This document shows, piece after piece, positions 61,801-64,000 of a DNA stretch of 64,000 nucleotides. Location: positions 3,968,001 to 4,032,000 of the forward strand of contig OZ249443.1 in NCBI GenBank assembly GCA_965235115.1. Direction: 5' to 3'. Each line of letters starts with the position of its first letter. The first letter of the stretch is position 1. A program made the translations under genes and the position numbers. The notes below the pieces were generated by a model. It was not told the origin of the DNA, ran no database searches, and saw only the letters and a list, made by a program, of their open reading frames with translations. The stretch is from Laetmonice hystrix. Lineage: Eukaryota.

Positions 61801-62461
61801 CGGCATGACTTCATTTTATAATGTGTGTGTAGAGTGATAGAATAAAACTACGGTACATATGTACGCCTCAGTCCAGGCCCAAGGTCACAGGCCCTAGGGT
61901 AATTACCCCCCCCCCCCCCCCCCGGCGATACTGCCTGTGTCCGTTGTATTAGAACTTGCTCTCTGACATGATTCTTTGATTTCTCCCAGGCCTGCCCAAG
62001 GACAAACTAGTGGTGCCCTCTGGCGAGCAGCCTGTGAACCAGTCGCCCGAACCCGTGGACAGCAGGAAGAGTGCCAAGCAGTCCAAGGTGAAGGAGGTCA
62101 AAGAGCCTGACCTCACGGCGTCAGTGACCACGGGTAAAACTACCCTGGTTCACAAGTCAACCGTGGCCGCCCGGGACAAGGCTTACCAGGTGAGGGACGG
62201 CGGGGGGGGGGGGGTTGCCATGGTAATAACTGACGTACAAGGTTATAGCAGTTGTATGGAAAAGGCTTTGCAGAAGAACATGCATGAAAGAAGTACTCAG
62301 GGGCTATAAAAAGCTTTTTGTTTATTTTCCAGGACTACCAGCGCCACTTTGAGCACACTCTGGGTACGATCGCCGCACAGAAACAGATGCACACGGTTGC
62401 CGAGCAACGGTGGACTGACAGCTGGCGTACATCTGTCAATAAAGTGAAGACGCTCTACTAG
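4775..62461 (+). CDS. CCDC180: Coiled-coil domain-containing protein 180 (motile cilia protein), about 41 exons, about 1640 aa
   Basis: Phase-consistent exons: 4775-4852, 5176-5390, 5586-5665, 6019-6076, 6330-6381, 6572-6676, 6907-7041, 7263-7358, 8575-8738, 9303-9422, 9634-9713, 9925-10013, 10229-10351, 10680-10853, 11176-11291, 11602-11728, 12535-12603, [13393-13455], 35678-35743, 37441-37534 or 37576, 42159-42267, 42569-42650, 43020-43113, 43676-43856, 44026-44172, 44685-44861, 45215-45398, 46078-46219, [48011-48058], 49228-49330, 49576-49640, 50151-50337, [53447-53551], 55322-55466, 56385-56529, 58942-59102, 59856-59993, 60414-60525, 61245-61361, 61990-62189, 62333-62461 (TAG). Bracketed exons are symmetric candidates without homology support. 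Motifs VPSGKVYRQMFDAEVQLV, ELDLRMHLHQPR, VFSDGGNFCPEE, LIEDPSVGVIK, RGKNTWPG and WTDSWRTSV match recalled human CCDC180 in order. Confidence 0.9.
7559..8600 (+). repeat. 56-bp tandem duplication of the exon 9 acceptor junction, second copy split by a MITE
   Basis: gtagtgacctat(t/g)tctgtttgtgtttaaagttgataaaccagacagtgctgagtaa occurs at 7559-7614 and again as 7615-7621 plus 8547-8600. Confidence 0.85.
7622..8546. mobile_element. Non-autonomous hAT-like DNA transposon (925 bp), 16-bp TIRs, 5-bp TSD
   Basis: TIR CAGGGTCCGCCAAATC (7622-7637) / GATTTGGCGGACCCTG (8531-8546). AGTGA flanks both sides. Subterminal GTTGCCC repeats; no transposase ORF. Confidence 0.8.
12193..12455. repeat. Minisatellite, about 90-bp unit x3
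   Basis: cacaggaccgacatgtatcatttatagg...ataattatacctgcatcatga is repeated three times. Confidence 0.85.
14975..15725. repeat. Minisatellite, about 99-bp unit x7-8
   Basis: gtagtcgtagatttattcgggtactcaggtccgagtttgagttacgcttggcggattgttagacggggg... recurs every 99-105 bp. Confidence 0.9.
17370..18057. repeat. C-rich minisatellite (about 57-bp unit, about 12 copies) containing CCCTAACCC
   Basis: cccagaaaacttactcccatccctagc(c/g)ctacccctaaccctggtccctacacctc units, with shorter and longer variants. Confidence 0.9.
18475..18925. repeat. Minisatellite, 58-bp unit x about 8
   Basis: gtggaggggatcccgccatgaaccaataggtaggcctacactccagccgatctgtggc is repeated. Confidence 0.92.
20810..21590. repeat. Tandem repeat, about 200-bp unit x4
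   Basis: aaacctacgtgtagatgtccctgaagtttgggatagcaagttc...cacgatgtccc...ttgttctggga recurs four times with small indels. Confidence 0.88.
21890..22070. repeat. AT-rich minisatellite with 26/19-bp variant units
   Basis: tgtataacacataatgatgtacatca and tgtataacacataacatca alternate. Confidence 0.85.
22288..22538. repeat. Minisatellite, 43-bp unit x6
   Basis: acaaggtctagttaccttgtgtgtaacccagctctgaaccagg is repeated. Confidence 0.92.
22660..22788. repeat. Minisatellite, 18-bp unit x7
   Basis: tcatctcatctctgagac is repeated. Confidence 0.9.
22995..24227 (-). CDS. Alpha-arrestin (arrestin domain-containing protein, ARRDC/TXNIP family), single coding exon, 410 aa, nested antisense in a CCDC180 intron
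   Basis: Uninterrupted ORF with ATG at 24227 (aagATGG; in-frame TGA upstream at 24245-24243). Arrestin_N motifs YEPGEMIRGHV, IQIKGEATVSW, GKHSFPVEYILPQNLPSSFIGKFGSITYVVKATL. Arrestin_C motifs GEDIFMDAEITNSS, LTIPPYIPES, CDIIDIRYELVFKI, IPITVGT. Confidence 0.9.
   Translation of the reverse strand: MGTVEKFEINLEHDIDEQYQYEPGEMIRGHVSLVITEPIKVKAVTIQIKGEATVSWEDETGKTTVPFRADETYIAITHSLLTTKTGESVHLDKGKHSFPVEYILPQNLPSSFIGKFGSITYVVKATLKEAKRFGLSTMITSEPFLVLRRLDLSREPALLKSKVITTEKRLWGALAFCLSGKVSSSLTVNKAGHLPGEDIFMDAEITNSSPRIVKAVQASIVMHSTFHAKTRSRYNTQIVNKKRDEWEMSYGEGRRWKNVRLTIPPYIPESRLDGCDIIDIRYELVFKIEISGGNEIKMVIPITVGTMQGESNGERPKIYQTPGIPPPEKSTYGKLSTYASVPDAHEGDGPEMDAPQGGQDGGHIYSNGDLAADEDDIPLDMQDEEEATKFRLPLECGETRNNPLFNNAND
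25430..25990. repeat. Composite repeat: about 230-bp block duplicated, each ending in 21-bp GTTCCTGGCAGTGACCAGGAT units
   Basis: ctcgctcccaccctaccgctacg... at 25441 and 25668, each followed by runs of the 21-mer. Confidence 0.88.
27040..27390. repeat. About 180-bp direct tandem duplication
   Basis: ggtcaca(c/t)cttgacctgagagtgtttcaacg...ttcaccttgt occurs at about 27041 and 27220. Confidence 0.88.
28655..29785. repeat. Tandem array x7: constant about 80-bp core plus variable C-rich tail
   Basis: cgccacgtgacttctgggttcaaatacctgacgtgccatatcgttaggt...ggggacaacccc followed by variable numbers of ccccac/cccaggcccagt subunits. Confidence 0.9.
30494..30870. repeat. Minisatellite, 41-bp unit x about 9
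   Basis: acaccttggacaaaattaatgatatagtttatcgtaagcta is repeated. Confidence 0.92.
30945..31070. repeat. Minisatellite, 25-bp unit x5
   Basis: gatttctactgtattctgtgtgata is repeated. Confidence 0.92.
36058..36405. repeat. About 75-bp minisatellite carrying two X-box-like motifs per unit
   Basis: Ten ccatgg(t/c)aac motifs, including the full GTTACCATGGCAAC at 36209-36222. Confidence 0.85.
36625..37476 (+). repeat. 77-bp unit x11 = 41 nt of intron end plus first 36 nt of CCDC180 exon 37441
   Basis: gcag|ggttcccggagcccgctgcccatggcagtgagcgag with acceptor AG ending at 36664, 36743, 36820, 36897, 36974, 37055, 37132, 37209, 37286, 37363 and 37440. Confidence 0.92.
39442..40221. mobile_element. 780-bp foldback MITE with 236-bp TIRs, CACTGTG termini and 5-bp TSD (Transib/RAG-like)
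   Basis: Arm 39442-39677 is the near-perfect reverse complement of 39986-40221. TACAC lies at 39437-39441 and 40222-40226. Repeated GCGTAACTC/GAGTTACGC motifs; no coding capacity. Confidence 0.85.
40345..41905. repeat. Two adjacent tandem arrays: about 145-bp x5-6 (40345-41150) and about 258-bp x about 2.7 (41215-41905)
   Basis: Recurring ttttcaattagca...ggtcacgtgacc units, then ttttcaacc...aaatccaagatggcggccaag units. Confidence 0.85.
43218..43655. repeat. Minisatellite, 23-bp unit x about 19, ending about 20 nt before the exon 43676 acceptor
   Basis: gttagttcctg(g/a)gtttgaatgtt is repeated. Confidence 0.92.
44335..44728 (+). repeat. About 79-bp unit x5 spanning the acceptor of CCDC180 exon 44685
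   Basis: taaccttcctttag|agtgttctcggatggaggaaacttctgccc..aggagattgaag with AG ending at 44366, 44447, 44526, 44605 and 44684. Confidence 0.92.
45005..45271 (+). repeat. About 135-bp tandem duplication spanning the acceptor of CCDC180 exon 45215
   Basis: cag|gttcaaacaccacatggtggacctggtattcatggagaagatcgc..cgctggctgac at 45080 (decoy copy) and 45215 (copy continuing in frame). Confidence 0.88.
46510..47632. repeat. Minisatellite, 57-bp unit, interrupted by a MITE
   Basis: acacacagaaaccatacgacagaatatcattgtgttaatataaccgttttacgtatt lies on both sides of the 46640-46930 insert. Confidence 0.92.
46640..46930. mobile_element. 291-bp hAT-like MITE with 5-bp TSD
   Basis: Ends CATGGTTCGTAGA / TCTGCGAACCCTG (13-bp TIR, 2 mismatches). 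TACAC is duplicated at 46635-46639 and 46931-46935. Internal TTTCCAGGA repeats. Confidence 0.75.
48098..48254. mobile_element. Palindromic PIF/Harbinger-like MITE (degenerate copy)
   Basis: Near-complete hairpin attctcaacttaagtaaagc...ctgattggctgg/ccagccaatcag...agttgagaat; same family as 61567-61718. Confidence 0.7.
49683..49880. repeat. Minisatellite, 39/41-bp unit x5
   Basis: gtatttacc..ag.ctgt(tt)tagagcttgtaacggtaactt is repeated. Confidence 0.9.
50309..50762 (+). repeat. About 112-bp unit x4 spanning the donor of CCDC180 exon 50151-50337
   Basis: ctaacactggcgacactccgaaacgggtccattct(g/a)g|gtacgtacacc... with GT at 50338, 50450, 50562 and 50682. Confidence 0.92.
50972..52404. repeat. Minisatellite, 38-bp unit x about 38
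   Basis: caagttccgt(g/c)agatcccgcctgacctactgcggttcc, highly homogeneous. Confidence 0.95.
54520..55115. repeat. Minisatellite, 18-bp unit x about 33, each with TTACGTCA
   Basis: acattacgtcatccacac is repeated. Confidence 0.95.
55640..56360. repeat. Minisatellite, 51-bp unit x about 14, ending about 25 nt before the exon 56385 acceptor
   Basis: atccactttgatattagttaagccctggtatggcatccactgcagtatcac is repeated. Confidence 0.93.
56811..58945 (+). repeat. 15-bp unit x about 140 = amplified 3' splice site of CCDC180 exon 58942
   Basis: actg(a/g)tcccag|agtt is repeated; the last unit is gattccag|agtt-gcggcac, the true exon start. Two variant stretches repeat at 378-bp spacing. Confidence 0.95.
59251..59903 (+). 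repeat. About 101-bp unit x7 = 48-nt exon start plus 53 nt of intron, acceptor of CCDC180 exon 59856
   Basis: Copies of ag|gtg(g/a)accaccagaatgacct.cgtccgaccttgggacacccccagca(g/a) start at 59251, 59352, 59453, 59553, 59654, 59755 and 59856. Confidence 0.93.
60598..60990. repeat. Minisatellite, about 96-bp unit x about 4
   Basis: taaactcaaactgatgatcctccattgtttacaagttgtgttaggatagcataacttatttaccgatgaaaactcagac is repeated. Confidence 0.88.
61567..61718. mobile_element. 152-bp palindromic PIF/Harbinger-like MITE with CTG TSD
   Basis: GGCCCAGTTTTT...AAAAACTGGGCC with CTG at 61564-61566 and 61719-61721. The whole element is a near-perfect hairpin. Confidence 0.8.
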
Positions 62462-62717
62462 ACGACCACCACGACACCTGGTGGCGACATTCTATTAGAC
62501 GACCGCCACGACACCTGGCGGCGACATTCTATTAGACGACCATCACCTGGTGGTGAAAGGCTACTAGAACAATACCACGTCACCTGGTACACCATGGCAC
62601 ACCAAAACTACTGCAGATATAGAGTTGCCGGGATAGGGAAATAAGTCGATGGGGGTATTACCCAATACGAAATACAGAAGAAATTAAAGCTATGTGTACA
62701 TAAGTAAAGGTCAGCAT

Positions 62718-62723
62718 AATAAA
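62718..62723 (+). other. Candidate polyadenylation signal for CCDC180 (alternative at 63242-63247)
   Basis: First AATAAA after the TAG at 62459-62461. Confidence 0.35.
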
Positions 62724-63561
62724 GAAAGAAAAAAGTGGATTGCATTTTTTTAAACCCCAAGCTATAATGGTTAATTACTGACTGGGGATGGACTGAGTAG
62801 AGGAACTGTGCCTGGAATGTCTGAGTGAACAAGAAAATGTTTTTCTATACTCTAAGACTTTGACTGGAAGATGTACGTATGTTTTCCTGAGCACAAGTTA
62901 TTTTGTCAATTTGACGTTCATAATTATAGTAGATATTTAGTTTGTGTTCGTGATGGGGTGAGGGATGTTTGTCTATGTAAGACTCCATTATGTAAAGTGT
63001 GTGTATTATGTATGGCAGCAACTGTGATATACATTTGTATCGTAAGAAAGCCTTGTCTAGGGCAGCTGGTCGTCATCGAACCAGAAGTCGATGTATTTTC
63101 TCTCAATCTTTGGTCCTCTGTTTCTACCATTCATACACTCACAAAGGTTCCGGCTGTGAAGTTTTTGTTTGTTTTCTCGGTGTTTACTCGATTCTCACTT
63201 TGATTTTGTTTGTTTGTTGTTTATTTGTCTGTTCACAATCTAATAAAGTAGAGCACCCGTTTTAATAAGTTTACGAAATATTTGTTTCGGTATTAGATTC
63301 CCAATGTTACCATCTCTGTCGTGTGTGACGATTGGAAATAATTCAGATCGCTGGAGGAGTCTCTCCCAGTACAAGACGTGACATGTACCGATTTGTGGCT
63401 GAATAAACGCAGGTCTAAACGAACCTACTGCCTCAAGTTTGGTATATTTGTAATTTGTAAACAGTTCTGTTTACTACTAGGGCCCATGAGAACCAACATC
63501 GGCCCGGGAGCAAAACAAGTGCCAGCTTCCCGGTAGATAAGAGATGTTTATAAATTCAGAT

Positions 63562-64000
63562 CTCAGTCGTTATTATAGGGCAAGGGAGGCGACTAGAGAT
63601 CGCTCAAACGGTCAAAACCTCAGTCGTTATTATAGGGCAAGGGAGTCGACTAGAGATCGCTCAAACGGTCAAAACCTCAGTCGTTATTATAGGGCAAGGG
63701 AGGCGACTAGAGATCGCTCAAACGGTCAAAACCTGAGTCGTTATTATAGGGCAAGGGAGGCGACTAGAGATCGCTCAAACGTTCAAAACCTCAGTCGTTA
63801 TTATAGGGCAAGGGAGGCGACTAAAGATCGCTCAAACGGTCAAAACCTCAGTCGTTATTATAGGGCAAGGGAGGCGACTAAAGATCGCTCAAACGGTCAA
63901 ACCCTCAGTCGTTATTATAGGGCAAGGGCGTCGACTAAAGATCGCTCAAACGGTCAAAACCTCAGTCGTTATTATAGGGCAAGGGAGGCGACTAGAGATC
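63562..64000. repeat. Minisatellite, 57-bp unit x7+, runs off the window end
   Basis: ctcagtcgttattatagggcaagggaggcgactagagatcgctcaaacggtcaaaac is repeated. Confidence 0.93.

Noticed and set aside
1-64000. tRNA, rRNA, SINE heads or transposase/reverse transcriptase ORFs
   Set aside because: I could not identify any A/B-box cloverleaf, rRNA-like segment or TE coding motif by eye; a covariance-model or HMM search could still find degenerate ones.

Overview
Intron-rich invertebrate animal DNA, not prokaryotic; species cannot be determined from sequence alone. It holds three protein-coding genes. PSMD5 (26S proteasome assembly chaperone S5b, 8 exons, 503 aa) is on the minus strand. CCDC180 (about 41 exons, about 1640 aa, ciliary coiled-coil protein) is on the plus strand, head-to-head with PSMD5 across 600 bp containing an RFX X-box. 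An alpha-arrestin with an uninterrupted CDS lies antisense inside the 22-kb CCDC180 intron. Introns are packed with minisatellites and small non-autonomous DNA transposons: hAT-like with 5-bp TSDs, Harbinger-like, a Helentron/HINE-like composite, and a 780-bp Transib/RAG-like foldback with CACTGTG termini. The most unusual pattern is that at least nine tandem arrays or duplications are amplified copies of CCDC180's own splice junctions or stop codon. These include a roughly 140-copy, frame-preserving 15-bp 3' splice-site array and two arrays of in-frame AG/GT-bounded mini-exons. All exon boundaries were read by eye and phase-checked; family assignments rest on recalled homologues and need database confirmation.
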